Shown: positions 1-52,728 of the stretch, piece by piece
Layout: each line of letters begins with the position of its first letter
Position numbering within the stretch: the first letter of the stretch is position 1
Origin: Amoebidium appalachense
Taxonomy: Eukaryota; Protista; Ichthyosporea
Direction of reading: 5' to 3'
DNA length: 64,000 nt
NCBI GenBank assembly: GCA_963693365.1
Contig: CAVNZM010000009.1
Location: 6,257,045 to 6,321,044, forward strand
Notes under the pieces: generated by a model
Database searches by the model: none
What the model saw: only the letters and a program-made list of their open reading frames with translations
Told to the model about the DNA's origin: nothing
Translations under genes and position numbers: made by a program

Positions 1-19
1 TCGGCATGAAAGGGTTTCT

Positions 20-15150
<15,131 letters not shown>

Positions 15151-15294
15151 TGGTGACGTCACACGGTGCAGGGATGGCCAATCAGCTATCATTTACCTTA
15201 TATGGCAAGTGTGCACTACTTCCCTCATAAGGTCAGATTTGGAGCTATTCGATTGGCAATTGACCTATACGAAGTTATTTATTTTATTTTATTT

Positions 15295-15412
<118 letters not shown>

Positions 15413-15551
15413 GGGGGGGAGGAGAGTAAGTGGTTGTTGGGACCCGTGACCTCCCACCTGACATGTGCAGCTTACATAACAGAATTTATCAAGGCACCGT
15501 GAGTTGTTGAAATGTGTGCACAACGCATGCGTGTGCGCTTAGGTGTCACGA

Positions 15552-15601
<50 letters not shown>

Positions 15602-15711
15602 ACTTGTGTGTACACATGTGTGTGTGTGTGTGTGGTTGCGTCACTGTCGCGCGCGCATGTGTTGTGTCTGTGTGTGTGTCGTGTGTGTGTGTGTCATGTC
15701 ATGTATGTGTG

Positions 15712-15746
<35 letters not shown>

Positions 15747-16300
15747 CGCGCGCGCGTGTTGTTGTTTTTGGGGGTTGCCATTACTGTATCCATTGTACAT
15801 GTGATAATGGTACTGTATAAAACCATAAATATCTTCTGGACCTACACACTCCATATTCTAATCACATATTAGATTTCTTACACAGGCCCTAGCTATAGGC
15901 TTATATCATTCCGAGGCTCCTTATATGCAGCGGCTAGTTGTTTACTTGCTTTCATTATAAATCACAATGTCTTGTGCTTTGGTTATATACAACGCCAGCC
16001 TCTCTGTTGAACCTGCCCCAGAGGCCATTACCACCACAATTATGCTTATATCAGTTCTCTTCATCTTGACTATAGCCCCCTTCCTCTCCCAGTTCCCTAA
16101 CACACAGACACGAACACACTTGCGGGACACACACACACAAACGCACACGCACACGCACACGCACACTCACACATTCACAGATCTAGACACAACATCATAC
16201 ACACCCACACCCATACCCACACAACTTACATAAACCCCCATAACAACCACACACAACCACCACCCAACCATCCACCCACCCACCCACCCACCCAAATCCA

Positions 16301-32449
<16,149 letters not shown>

Positions 32450-33129
32450 CTACAAAAGAGTTGATTTACAAAAAATGTAGGTTTCCAGCCTCCAGTGAAA
32501 ATCTGAGTTTTTTTTTTTTTTTTTTTTTTTTTTGGTCTTTGGTTTTCCTTTGTCAGGGCCTGGGAGGGCTGGCAAAAAGTTTCAAAGAAGTGGCTCACGC
32601 ATTCCTGCAAATTGCGTAAAATAATTACTAAACTTGGCTTGTTAGGGCGACATCGATTGAGTCAGTTGACACGGGGTCAGTCGAGGGCCCGGTCGACGAG
32701 CTGACTCGCAAGCTGGCAGGGGTGAAGTTTGTTGGAAGATCTGTGTGCTTCAGATTTTTGTTTTGTTGATGCGAGCATTATGTAATCATTCCACATTAAT
32801 GTAACATTTAGGAAAATATTATATTTTTCATATACCGTATGCATGCGAGCTTGCATGCATATAAACCCCCATATATATTGATCAATATGCGCAGGTTCGA
32901 ATTCGAAGTTGGTGGATGCCTGCGGCCAGGGACCACACTTTCATGAATACCTGTGCACACGATTCTTATTGTGTGATACTGTTTATTATAGAACCACCAT
33001 GAAAACATGTGGGGCTATGTAATACTAGGTGTGGCACCAGGCCAACCAACATGTACACGTACCAGGAAACTTACTGCACGCGTACGTGTGTTGGCGTTTT
33101 CGTACGCGTGTCGCATATGTACTTCACTA

Positions 33130-33396
33130 CTACTGACATTTTCTTATGCACTCGTCGAGGCTGAACCCAGGTTCTGCCCGCTTGCACTCAATTTGCTGAC
33201 AGTATCCTCTACACGTGGATGGATATTGCCAGCAGAGGCTGATGCATGACTCTGTGTCGCGGCCCAATACCATGCACAGGTGAGTGCAGTGGTCCTTCCT
33301 AGGGTTGCCTACTGTAGTAGCTGCACCCGTGGCGGCCGCTGTTGCTGGTGCAATAGCTGTGGCAATGAAAATAAAGAAAAGACTGAGTGCACTCAT
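33130..33396 (-). CDS. Small secreted cysteine-rich protein (88 aa, 9 Cys, four CxxxC motifs)
   Basis: Signal-peptide-like MSALSLFFIFIATAIAPATA, then CTHLC-x9-CISLC-x6-CRGYC-x4-C-x11-CIRKC. Single exon. TATATAA (33488-33494) and CCAAT (33524-33528) lie upstream on the same strand. Confidence 0.72.
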   Translation of the reverse strand: MSALSLFFIFIATAIAPATAAATGAATTVGNPRKDHCTHLCMVLGRDTESCISLCWQYPSTCRGYCQQIECKRAEPGFSLDECIRKCQ

Positions 33397-34014
33397 GATG
33401 TGGGTGTTGTTGCGCTTCTTGTCTATTAGATGGTGTAGATGTGGGTTCAAGTGTCGCGCTTCAAATTTGTGCCCAGAGATGGACCGGTTATATAGATAGA
33501 GGTTTAGATAGCGGCGTGCAATGATTGGATCATGATGACTAAATCCAGGGGTCGGAAATACAGCCCTAACGTATCGCCGCGTGAAGGCGTGATAGGTGCC
33601 AATAAGAATACGCTGCGAGATGTCGACATATTAGTTTGTAGCAACTAACATGAAAAAAATCTGCAGCCGTGTGCTTCATGTATTTTTTATTTTCTAAGAG
33701 TGATCCGATGAAGATTTCTTTCCTGCACATAACTACGACAAAGCCAACGTTAGCCAATCGGGTAGGAAGAATTATTTAGCTATATATGGCTAGCTACGAC
33801 ATCTTTCTATTGGTGGTGCTACCTTTCACACAAGTGACGGTTGCTGTGTCAGGGCCTACAATAATAGTGAAAGACTACAAGAAATTAAAGAGAGAGAAAC
33901 ATAATATTTTTATTGCAGCAGACTAGGAGGCTTGGATGTATTTTGGGAAGCTGGATTATATTAATGAAGGTAAAGTACAAAGAAGCGGGAAGTTCGAACT
34001 TCAGAAGTTTTAGT

Positions 34015-34125
34015 TCAGCCAATCCTCCCGCATCATTTTTCGCGCGCAAATTCCAACGGCTTCAAAAGTTATCCAATCAGATCGCGTGCTCAATTCTCAC
34101 GTTCAACGACCCCGCTTGAAAAAAG
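34015..34125 (+). promoter_or_regulatory. Cell-cycle-type promoter: CCAAT boxes, a palindromic E2F-like site and a CHR-like hexamer
   Basis: CCAAT at 34019 and 34073, TTTTTCGCGCGCAAA at 34036-34050 and CTTGAA at 34115-34120. About 460-560 bp upstream of the cyclin ATG and divergent from the minus-strand genes. Confidence 0.55.
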
Positions 34126-34580
34126 CTGAAAGCTGAAAACACACGCGAACTTTTCTGTCTCTCACCCTAGTTTTTATAGTCTTTCGTTTCCAGAGTTCTC
34201 ATTTTTCTATCAACCGGCAGAAAGCCTATTACCGGGAGTGTATATGGGAGAAAACAGTTATTACTCTGTGAGACACGGAGATTGGAAGTGCACTTGATGG
34301 GTAGTAGGCTATTTTGTTGGGTTAACACCGTCAGAACAGGCTTGCGTGGTAACTAGCAACTTCATGGCCAACATCGGGCGACGTAGAAAACCAGAAATCT
34401 ATATTCCAAGTAAAGAACTCATCTAGACGAATGCTTTTTTATAGCGCTTCTCACATAAAGCCGAAACAATTTCAAGAACTCTAGCAACACCCAACACCTG
34501 TCGAGCTCCCAGAAAACCGCTCCCTTCTCCGAGTCATGACGTGTGTTTTCTGCTTGTAACGTTAGTTTTCTTGTGCGAGG

Positions 34581-42502
<7,922 letters not shown>

Positions 42503-43541
42503 GAATTTCATGCCCTGTGTATCCACAAACAAAAAATGGGTGGGTTCAGACGCGATAACTTCCAGAAATATGTGGTTGTGGTGATCCAAGTAACAAGTGC
42601 GCTTGTGATGATTTGGAATTATCATATCATGGAATCGATTTGTGTGCCTTTCCGCTTGATTAATGAGACAGATAGCATATGCTGATTACCTTATAGGACC
42701 ATTCTTTGTTAGCTAATGCTGTGCCCTACTCGAAAACTCCAAGGCGAAAACAGATAAGACTTATGTGTGACTGGTTTGGAAAAGTTTGGCACAGTGTTGG
42801 GTGAAAAACGAAACAGATTGTAGACTAGCAGTGTACTCATTACGTAGCCTAGTTAAATATTTCATATCATCAGATACCACTCACATACTGTTTCATATAT
42901 ATATCATCTTGAATCATAGTGTTGTTTGAGAGCTTTTGCACATTAGCCATGCCCTACTCGGCTGCCATCAGAACTTGCGTAATTTTGGGTCTAACCCATT
43001 TTTGCGCAAAACAAGGCAGGGACGTTTTCGTACGGTTTGGCTAAATGCGTACTTTATAGGGCTTTTGGTGTGATTCGTTTCTTGATATTCACGAAAAAGT
43101 GTAACAACATAGTTACATACGTAAGGATGAATGCTTCAGTTGTTTCCCCTTGGATACCATAGACTCATAGTATCATCACATCGCAAACGTGATTGTTCTT
43201 TCCAATCCGGGTTGCAAAACACACCGCACATGGTACAAAGCACACAACCTGCACGTGTATGTGTGCTGTCTTTTAGAGTATAGTATCACAGCCATCAATA
43301 GACTCAGTAATTTTCACTTATTTCACTTTCACGTATGTTGTTTTATTGCAGATAATGCTCAGATGAAAACATGTCGTTCTGTTTACACATGTCCAATGTT
43401 TCACTCAGTCGTCAAATCTTTGGGATGCCGGTCATTCCTGGATTCCGATTCACACAACGTAATTGGCAAGCAGTCTTTGAGCAGACGTGTGGATTCCTTC
43501 CCCCCCCCCCCCCCCCACCCCACCCCCACCCCCACCCCCCT

Positions 43542-43583
<42 letters not shown>

Positions 43584-43732
43584 CCCCCCCCCCCCCCCCC
43601 CCCCTTTCTACTCACACAGCACCAGGATCACCACCAGACCCCCGCCATGGCACACTATCCAGCCACCCTCCCTTTCACACACGCACAATTGTAATTCGCA
43701 AACAGCACGCGGGTGGGTTCAAGGGGTTCCTC

Positions 43733-43817
<85 letters not shown>

Positions 43818-43998
43818 CTTTCCCCCTCCCACTCTCTCCCCCTCCACCTATCCCTCTCTCGTCCCTCTCCCCCCCCCTTCCCCCAGATCTCTCTCCGGTC
43901 TACCACCACCTCCATCACGTCACCCACCCCACAAAGCACACACGTCAGCCCCCCCTCCCCCCCCTCCCCCCTCCCCCCTCCCCCCTCCACCCACCCCC

Positions 43999-44030
<32 letters not shown>

Positions 44031-44300
44031 ACCACCACCACCACCACGTACCGGCCCATGTATCCATACCATCTCCCGGCCTCAAGTTCACCCGAACAGT
44101 ATCACCTGGCGTCGACACGGACTCTTATAGGTACACTGAACAGTCGCACAACCACAACCACCGGTGCTCTTGATCTTCCACTTCCTTTCTACAACCATGA
44201 ACATGCATGTCATTTCTGAAAGTGCACTAACCAAGTGGTATTTTCCTAAACGTTGATCTTTGCAAAAAAATGAGTGGCAGAAGCGGCCGGGCGGGGGAGG

Positions 44301-44332
<32 letters not shown>

Positions 44333-44938
44333 GCTCAATGCCTCCTATATATCAAGTATATAGGAGTAGGCAAGTATATAGGAGGCCTTGGGGGGGCTCC
44401 AGTAGCTGCTGCACACTTGTATGTTCTTGTATGTATTTCGAATTTAGCTGCATGAATGTAAATCATCACTCAAGTGTTCGGCTCCTATAACCCTTATTTT
44501 CGCTTACATATCGTCCTCTTGCGATTCACATGAAATGTACATATGCATGTCGTGTTTGTCAGTATACGTGATATTACCGTAATATATAACCACTGCTCCA
44601 TCCATGAAAAAGTATAAAAACTTCTTTAGAGTAAGATATTGGCACGTTCATAAGCACTTCTTCTGTTCCTAGCCTACTCTGCCGGATTTGTATATACGTG
44701 TGTGTACACATGGTTCTCTGCAATTCACTTCAAATGTACATATACAATACACTGAATCGTAACCAGTGAAACATAGCCACTGCCATAAAAATAATTGAAG
44801 ATAAACGTGTAAAAACCACAGGTTTGTATATACTATGATTTACGGGCAACAGATACTAATTTGAAAAATAGATCAATCAATAGCCATGCCTTCTACATAT
44901 TCATGATCACACGGTTTGATTGCACACATACATAACCA

Positions 44939-44983
<45 letters not shown>

Positions 44984-45221
44984 ACCCTCCCCGTCCCCCC
45001 CTCCTCCCCCAGCCCCCCCAACACACACACACACACACACAAGAATTCTCACAAATCCCCCTATTAGCCCAACTCAACAAAAAGCGACAAAACCCCCAAC
45101 GAAATCGGGTTAAAGTGATCACCAGAGACAGTAATTTTGACCCAAACCAACACTTATAAATACGGCTCAATATTCTCGCGGCCCGTTCCATTTGCCTCCA
45201 CCGTACCCACTGGCAGTCTAT

Positions 45222-45304
45222 CTAGGCGGTAAACACCGTAGAGAGTGCTCTTCCCCTACGTACCTGCAATCTGTGTGCACAAAAAAAAGGCAAAAAAAAA
45301 AAAA

Positions 45305-45336
<32 letters not shown>

Positions 45337-45849
45337 AAAAAGCAAAGAGTTCGTAAAGGGCATTTCTTTCAAATTTCCGGATCGGGTCGGAACAGAATGT
45401 TTTTAAAAATAAAATTATATGTAATTGGTGTGATGCTCATATGCGCACCCCGAAAGGGCCAACATACTTGGCATTCAAGAAACTCTCTCTTCTAAGACTG
45501 TTTGCAGTGCACTTGCCTTTTCATGATATAGAGTGTCTACTCCGCCATCACCCCCCCCCCCCCCCCCCCCCCCCCAATATATATATATATAACACAAACA
45601 ACCACCACCACCACCATCACCCTTTCGATCTTGCTACGCTCCCAACACACACACACAGTGATGTGTAGCACAAAGGGAGCGAGGGGAGAGGGGAGAGGGG
45701 AGAGGGGAGAGGGGAGAGGGGGGAGGGGGGGCCTCTCTACAATGCACAATTGCAAACGTACGCGTACCCTATTCTCCACTCGCCATTCCCTTCTCATATT
45801 GTCAAGACGACCTTTGGGGGGGGGGGGGGGGGGGGGGGGTTAGGAGAGA

Positions 45850-45943
<94 letters not shown>

Positions 45944-47236
45944 ATATGTAGAGGAAGGGGTGGGGTGGGTGAGTGGGTTCTCGAGCTCACCTCAGATACC
46001 AGAGAATGCCCCAAACGAAAACCAGCCAACCGCTGAACACCAGTGCCCACTGTATGACTGCATGGGCCATGTCATTGGGTATGGTAAAACCGGCAAATTC
46101 GATCGCGGTTCTTATCGGTGAGAGGTAGATTGCGGTTTTGACCAGAGAGAGACCAAATCCACCCCATGCACCATAACGGCCCTGCGTGGTTTTTTTTTTT
46201 TTGGAGGGGGAGAGGGGAAAAGAAAGAGGATGTAGAAGAAAAGAAATAAAAGAGGAAGAATGAATAGGAGGAAGAGAAAACGGAAAGGGGGAAGGGGAAA
46301 AAGGGGAGAGAGGGAAGGCAAGGGAGTGAAGGAGATAAGAACAAAGTGGAAGAGAAAAAAATAAGGAAGAAGGAAGAGAGAAAAGGAAAGAAAAGAAGAA
46401 GGAAAAACAAAAGGGATTACGAGAAGGAAAAAAGAAATGAGGAAAAAAGAAAAAAGGAAAAAAGAAAAGAGGAAGAGAGAAACGAGGAAGAAAGAAAGGA
46501 GGAAGAGAGAAAAGAGGAAGAAAGAAAAGAAGAAAAAAGAAAGAGGAAGAGAGACAAGAGGAAGAGAGAAAGGAGGAAGAAAGAGGAAGAAGAAAAGAGG
46601 AAGGATGAAAAGAGGGGGAGAGAAAATAAGAAGAGAGAAGAGAGAAAGAGAAAGGGAGGAAGAAAGAAGAGAGGAAGGATGAAAAGAGGGGAGAGAAAAT
46701 ACGAAGAGAGAAGAGAGAAAGAGAAAGGGGGGAAGACAGAAGAGAGGAAGAAGGAAAAGAAAAAGAAAGAAAGGAGGAAATGAGGAAAAAGAAAGATATA
46801 AAGGCGGAAGGGGAAACGGGGGGAGAAAGAAAAAGGAGAGAGAAAAGAAAAGAGAGGAAGAAGAACAAAAAGAAGAAGAAGAAGAGAGAATCGGATGGTT
46901 AGAGAGTTACATTTCCTGTACGGTTTTCGGTGGGCATACATGTGGGTAAGGGGTACTTTCTTTTCTTTTTCCCCATCCTTTTCCTTACACACCCCTAGAA
47001 AATAATTATTTGCTTTACCGCCGTGTGAGTGCGTCTGTGTGTGTGTGCGTGGGGGGGGCTTTTGTTTCTTTTCTTTTCCCAATCTTCATTACACATACCT
47101 ATACCAAACTGCTTTGCTTTACTGATCATGCCCCCCCCCCCCCCCCCCCCCCCCCGCCGCTGCTCCCCCCGCCTCGTGTGCGTGTCTGTGCACTTGTGTG
47201 CCCGTGCGTGCGTGCGTGCGTGCGTGCGTGCGTGTG

Positions 47237-47284
<48 letters not shown>

Positions 47285-48372
47285 TGTCTATATTTTTTAT
47301 CCCGTTGTGAATGGGGGGCGGGGGAGAAGGGGAAGAGAGGGGCTTAAATTCGTAGGTGTACGTGTGCGTGTGCGTGTGAGGGGGAGGATACGAAGGCAAT
47401 AAGTAAAAAGTGGAGGGGGGGGGGGGGGGGGGGGGGAGGGGGGGGGAAGCGGGAAGGGGGCTCATTACTGCTTGTGACGGGGCGACAAGCAAAATGATGA
47501 CCAGAGCCACCCAGTCGAGAAGGAAGCAGGCAAAGAATGCACAGCAGAACGTGATGTGGTCTGCAGTCCCATCTGTGTGGAATGGTGGTGTGCCCAAGAG
47601 GGAGGGGGTGGGGGGGGGGGGAGGGGGGGGGGGGAGGGGGGGGACGGGAGGGGGGGGAGGGGGGGGGGAGAGGGGGAGGAGTTAGATGGACCTGGAGTTT
47701 GTGTGTGTGTGTGTGTGTGTGTGTGAACGTGTCTGGGCGGGGAGGGGGGCGGGGGAGGGGGGAGGGGGGGTCCGGAGGAGTGGCGAAGGATGGAGGGGCC
47801 TACTAGGCAGCCTTTGGGGGGAGGGGGGTGAGGGGGGGGGGGAGGGGGGGAGTAAGAGGGGGGAGAGGGGGGAGGAGTAGGAAGTGAAGAAAGGAAATAG
47901 GGGGGGGGGGGGGGGGGGAAAGGAGGTTCCAGCGGGCATGTTATTCGTGTTCCCTTCTGACTTTTTTTGGAGGGGAGGTGGGAGGGCATGTTTTTCTTCT
48001 TCTCTCCTGACATTTCATTTATATTATTATTAATCTTTGTATTTAGTTAATTCTTTTTGTGGGTGTGGGTGTGGGGGGTGGGTGGATGGAAAGTCCAAGG
48101 CAACTATTTTTGTGAGAATACGTGTGTTTGGAAGGGTGGGACGGGGGGAAGGGATGGGGAGGGGGGGGGGGGGGGGGGGGGGGAGGGAGGGAGGGGGTTG
48201 AGGCCGGGAGGGAGGGGGGGGAATGGAGGGGTTACATTTCCAAATTATTTATCGGATATCTCTTGTCTCATATCTTGGCACTTCATATCTCATGTAAACA
48301 GCCTAAGGAAAACAGGGGGGTATGGGGTGTGGGGCGTGCAGGGTTGGGGGTTTAGTGTTTTTTTTTCCTTTT

Positions 48373-48413
<41 letters not shown>

Positions 48414-49354
48414 GGCACATACTTCGTAAAGCTATGCCAATGTCATCATCCAAAGGGAAGAACATCTTGTGGTCATTCTCAAACCCGGGAACTTGCGTGG
48501 TGTGGGGGTTTTTATCGCTGAACCCCACATCCAGACCCCACTGAAGCATCATGTCTGGGTAGCCGCTGATATTAACGTAGGTGGTTGATTGGCTAGCAGA
48601 TTGCGCCATTTTCGTTCTTTGGTTCTGATCGATCACCTGTTATGTATGGGAGTAGAAATATGTACAAGGGGGTCAGCAAAACTGAGGTAACATAGGCAAC
48701 AGCCAATAATCAACTTTTACCATACGGTTTAAGTCGTTATAGTGGCTTATGGTCAAACCACCCCTTAAGATTCATTCCGCCATAGCTTCTCCCGGTATCC
48801 CCACCCCCTCCCCCGCCCCCAAACACACACGCACACGCACGCAGACAAACACACACACACACACACACACACGGAGGCAGGCAAACGTTGCACATCTCCC
48901 CCCCCTCCCCCCCCCCCTCCTTCCCTCTCTTCCCCCACCGCCACATACATCCCACCCAGAACCCACACCCCCCCCCCCCCCCCCCCCCCCAATGTTCCAA
49001 TTCTTCTTGCACCACCACCTGCAACCCATCCACTACCTTTTGAATTTTCTGGCACCCTCCCCGTGCAAGTCGAAACACAAACCCTCCTGTACATATATGT
49101 TAATGTTTGGGAATTTGTAACAACTTCAATTTATATGCCTACACTCAAAACCTAAAAAAACCATTTGGCTACCACAACCGCACAAAAATAATACACTGGA
49201 TGATACATTTCTTTTTCTAATGCAGGTGTAGTCTAAGGGTTTGACTTGTTCTAGATCCTTTTTAAAGTGTGTGTGTTTCACGTATGCCATTACGTGTGCA
49301 AATATCTTGGACTTAATTTCTCTGCATAGCTATGTCCGTGCATGGGTATGTGCA

Positions 49355-49401
<47 letters not shown>

Positions 49402-49705
49402 GCCTCCGTGTGTGTTAATTCCATGGCCATGATGATGAGCGACAAAACAGGTTAGTTGTGACTACGGCCCCGGGGACGGGGGGGGGGGGGGGGGGGAGGG
49501 GAGGGGGGGAGGGGGGGGGATGCACTGTTACTTACTGGTCATGTAAGGCCCTCTGGTAAACTTTGGAGAGGCCCCCTGCCGGAAGGGATATGTTTGCTAT
49601 TTCCTGTGCTCGGTGTTGGAACGAGGTCTGTGAGACGTCGCCGCTTCTGTCCTTCCTCCAGCAGAGTTTCAATTTATTCATCGGGTTCTTCAAGCTGGTG
49701 CGGCT
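45222..49705 (-). CDS. NDFIP: NEDD4-family interacting protein (NDFIP/Bsd2-like), three-TM adaptor; 5' exons uncertain
   Basis: Exons 48423-48636, 47469-47572 ([30 protein letters not shown]), 45991-46181 ([15 protein letters not shown]...[19 protein letters not shown]) and 45222-45270 join in phase. They match the NDFIP signature AGRYGAxxGFGLSLxK and the TM spacing. A candidate upstream exon at ~49536-49705 does not join in phase directly. Confidence 0.8.
46200..46890 (+). repeat. A/G-rich polypurine tract with an internal ~60-bp duplication (NDFIP intron)
   Basis: GAGGAAGGATGAAAAGAGGGG...GAGAAAGAGAAAGGG at ~46597 and ~46671. Confidence 0.85.
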
Positions 49706-50884
49706 AAAGGAATATAGTCCCGGCCTTGGTATTTTATCTTATATATAGAGTGCCCATTCACCCAGAAACCCCACATATCATGCATCGATCAACAGAGGAT
49801 CGTGTTTCTACATTTACAAAAGTGGGTTTGGCCCTAGAGAAGTAGGAGCAGTCCTAAAAGTAGATACACTGAATCTCTCGTTTAGTTTGTTTTCTCCAAG
49901 TAAAATACACTGGTCCCCGCTCTTTTTTCCCAGCAGGGACAGTTTTTATAACTGCGTGCAGCGATTTTAATAATGGGGGAACATGCGCACTAACATGATC
50001 TCTCAGAGTTTTTGGGTTTGAAACTCAAAAAACGTCGGGCAAGAATATGACCTCTACCCCAACACTGACAACCACGAAAGTGTCAGAAGAAATAGGAATG
50101 CGCACGTATATAAGTCGATTCGTGTGACACGTCAACACGATATATATATATAGCGCGTCTGTCTATAAAAAGCACCGACATGCATGACATGTCACACGCA
50201 CATGCTTCTGTGTTCAGACAGAAAAAGCTCACGTTTTCCCGGCCGCCTTGAGGGTTTTCCCATGCTGCGCAGAGAATTTACACGGGCTGCGCGTGTACAC
50301 GAACATTCACACAAACACGCGCGCAGTTGAACTACATTCGTACTCCGAATGCATATTAATGTTGCAACGTGCTTCTTTTACCGATATACATGTGTATGTC
50401 AATGCTTATCATTATAACAAGAGTATCAATAAGCCCGCCAAAAAAAAGGGACACAAAAACAACACATGGCATATGATTTATTCGTCCCGCTTCCACTTCC
50501 AAGGGTGGCTAAACTTAACGGCGAAGCTCTGGTATTGTATCAGTCAGACATGGTATCGTGGTTCAAGTTGGTTTGCACGGCCCGGCCATAGTTTGTGTAT
50601 CACCCAGGAAATCGAAAATGTTGCAGTACTGTACTGGCAGATCTCGTGCTCAGGCAAACTCGATAAACAAACATAATATGAGAAATAAAACAGCTTATTT
50701 TTATATTGAAGTTATCTGGAATAAAGCTCCCTGAATTTTTTTTGCCGTGCTCGCAACATGCTCATGTTGATCACTGCTTGCTTTCAGCAAGCCTTAGGCT
50801 ACAGTAGCGAGCACCGGACACTGTGACAGGCACGCCGCGGCAAACTGGCACGCAGATCTATTCTTGATGCATTATGATTTCTAT

Positions 50885-51090
50885 TTACCAATCAAAAGTG
50901 GCTCACCAATTTTTGTGACAGCCAATCAAACAATATACCAATCAACAACTTCAATACGCTAACCAAATTTAGGTGGTGTGATATCACGAATTCACCGGTT
51001 TAGAAATGATTTTTTTCATGATCAAATTCTGCCTAACCTTATATGGCTCACCGGAACAATATAATTATTCGAATCTTGTGATTGGTTGCG
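50885..51090. promoter_or_regulatory. CCAAT-box cluster with a CArG box
   Basis: CCAAT at ~50888, 50906, 50922 and 50938, CCTTATATGG at 51037-51046 and ATTGG at 51081. Lies in unique sequence between divergently oriented genes. Confidence 0.45.
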
Positions 51091-51696
51091 CCAAAAGTAA
51101 GGGCCAAGCTCAGGTGGTGACAGGCCAAAATCTCAAACCGACAGCCTCTCAAAAGCAGTTAGGCCCCGATTTTACTTAGAGAGTTGGTTTTCGTCCATAA
51201 AAAAAATTTAAGAAATTAAAGGACGCGCAAAAATGATATAAGCAGTCGGGGTGCTCCGACAACGCCCACATCGCTAAAATCATCAAAACCCGTAGATCTT
51301 GCGTAGCCTCTTACCACCTTGCCTCGAGGTCGATCGTCTATGATGAAATTATGGATTTTGCCTGTTTTCGCTACGAAATAGGCGCTGGACACCCCATGTT
51401 GCTTATGCAAAAATTGCTTGTCGCTTTGTTTATCAAATTATTTATTAATGGAGCAAAACCCCTTTTCTATTCTAATTATTGATGTTAAGCATTATAAGCA
51501 GGATTTGGTATATGACCGCCGATCACTCAGCCCTTTATTTCGCCAGTTCGGCTGGCTGGATCTCCCTAGAGCGAAGCAAACATATTGAGATTCTCAATTA
51601 GTAAATCTAAATTGGTCTATACGACGCAGCGGCACTCAGCTGACCGGTGTTCACAGCTGTGTTCACCGGACTCATGAAATCGTGCAAGTTGCAACA

Positions 51697-51731
<35 letters not shown>

Positions 51732-52728
51732 TCTCTTGACTACAGATAGCAGTGTCGCTAGCGCACAAGTATGCATAGGACGCTTGTCCTGCGCCACGGT
51801 TCGAACACAACCACTTCGCCAGTACTGTGCACGAGCACATAAATGTGTCGGCCACTCTACTCCAGAGAACTTCAACAGAGGGCCACCACATGTGTGCTGG
51901 CGTTTACGTGTACCTCGTGTAGTGCTCGTAACGACGTTGGCTAGATGTACATGATGTTCGGCACTAGCTAACAAGAATATTCTTGAACACACACTGGAAT
52001 ACATGTGCACACGTGCAGTACGTGGTGCATGCGCGCATGCTCACACACCTCATTGACAACACATGCACCTTCATCACCTTGCAACTTCAAGGTGCCACAA
52101 ACACCGTGACACACACACACACACACACACACACGTAGGCATACATTTTAAGTCACATGCACATGGCAACGGTCGGCATTGATGAGATGGGATTATCCGC
52201 GCCGGGTGTACGGTACCGGCCGCGGTGGCTCGCCGGTGATGGCACAACTTACGGTAAGGGTATCTGATGTAAGACTATCAGTACACTCTATATTGGAGGG
52301 TTTTCATTGGGGAGCCACTTTCATCCAATCCATCATGTTCGATCTTTTGGCACCTTTCACTTATACATAGGCGGGTCTTTAATGCCTTGTTAGAGGGCTC
52401 TGTTAGAGCGGGGGGTGCGGCATGCCAGGAGCTACTACTAGAGAGAAGGGGGGGTATGATTGGAGGGGGGGGTGTTCAGCTAACCTTATATGGATAAAGC
52501 AAAGTTACAAGGATTCAAGCCATTGGTTGGGCAAGACCCCTTTTGCCGAATATGGATAACAGATCATACACTGCTGTAGGCGGCGGTCAGGAATTGGCGC
52601 GCTCTTTACTGGTCACAACCAGTCCGGGAAGGCCATGAGCAGCATTGCCGAGCACACTGGAATACGGGAATGTTTGCGGTAACGTAGTCGCACTAGGGGG
52701 GCAGGGGGCCAGGCCCCAAGTGTTTAAA

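Noticed and set aside
45987-47082. Hydrophobic F/L/S-rich ORFs suggesting membrane proteins
   Set aside because: They translate the intronic polypurine tract; only 45991-46181 is a supported exon.
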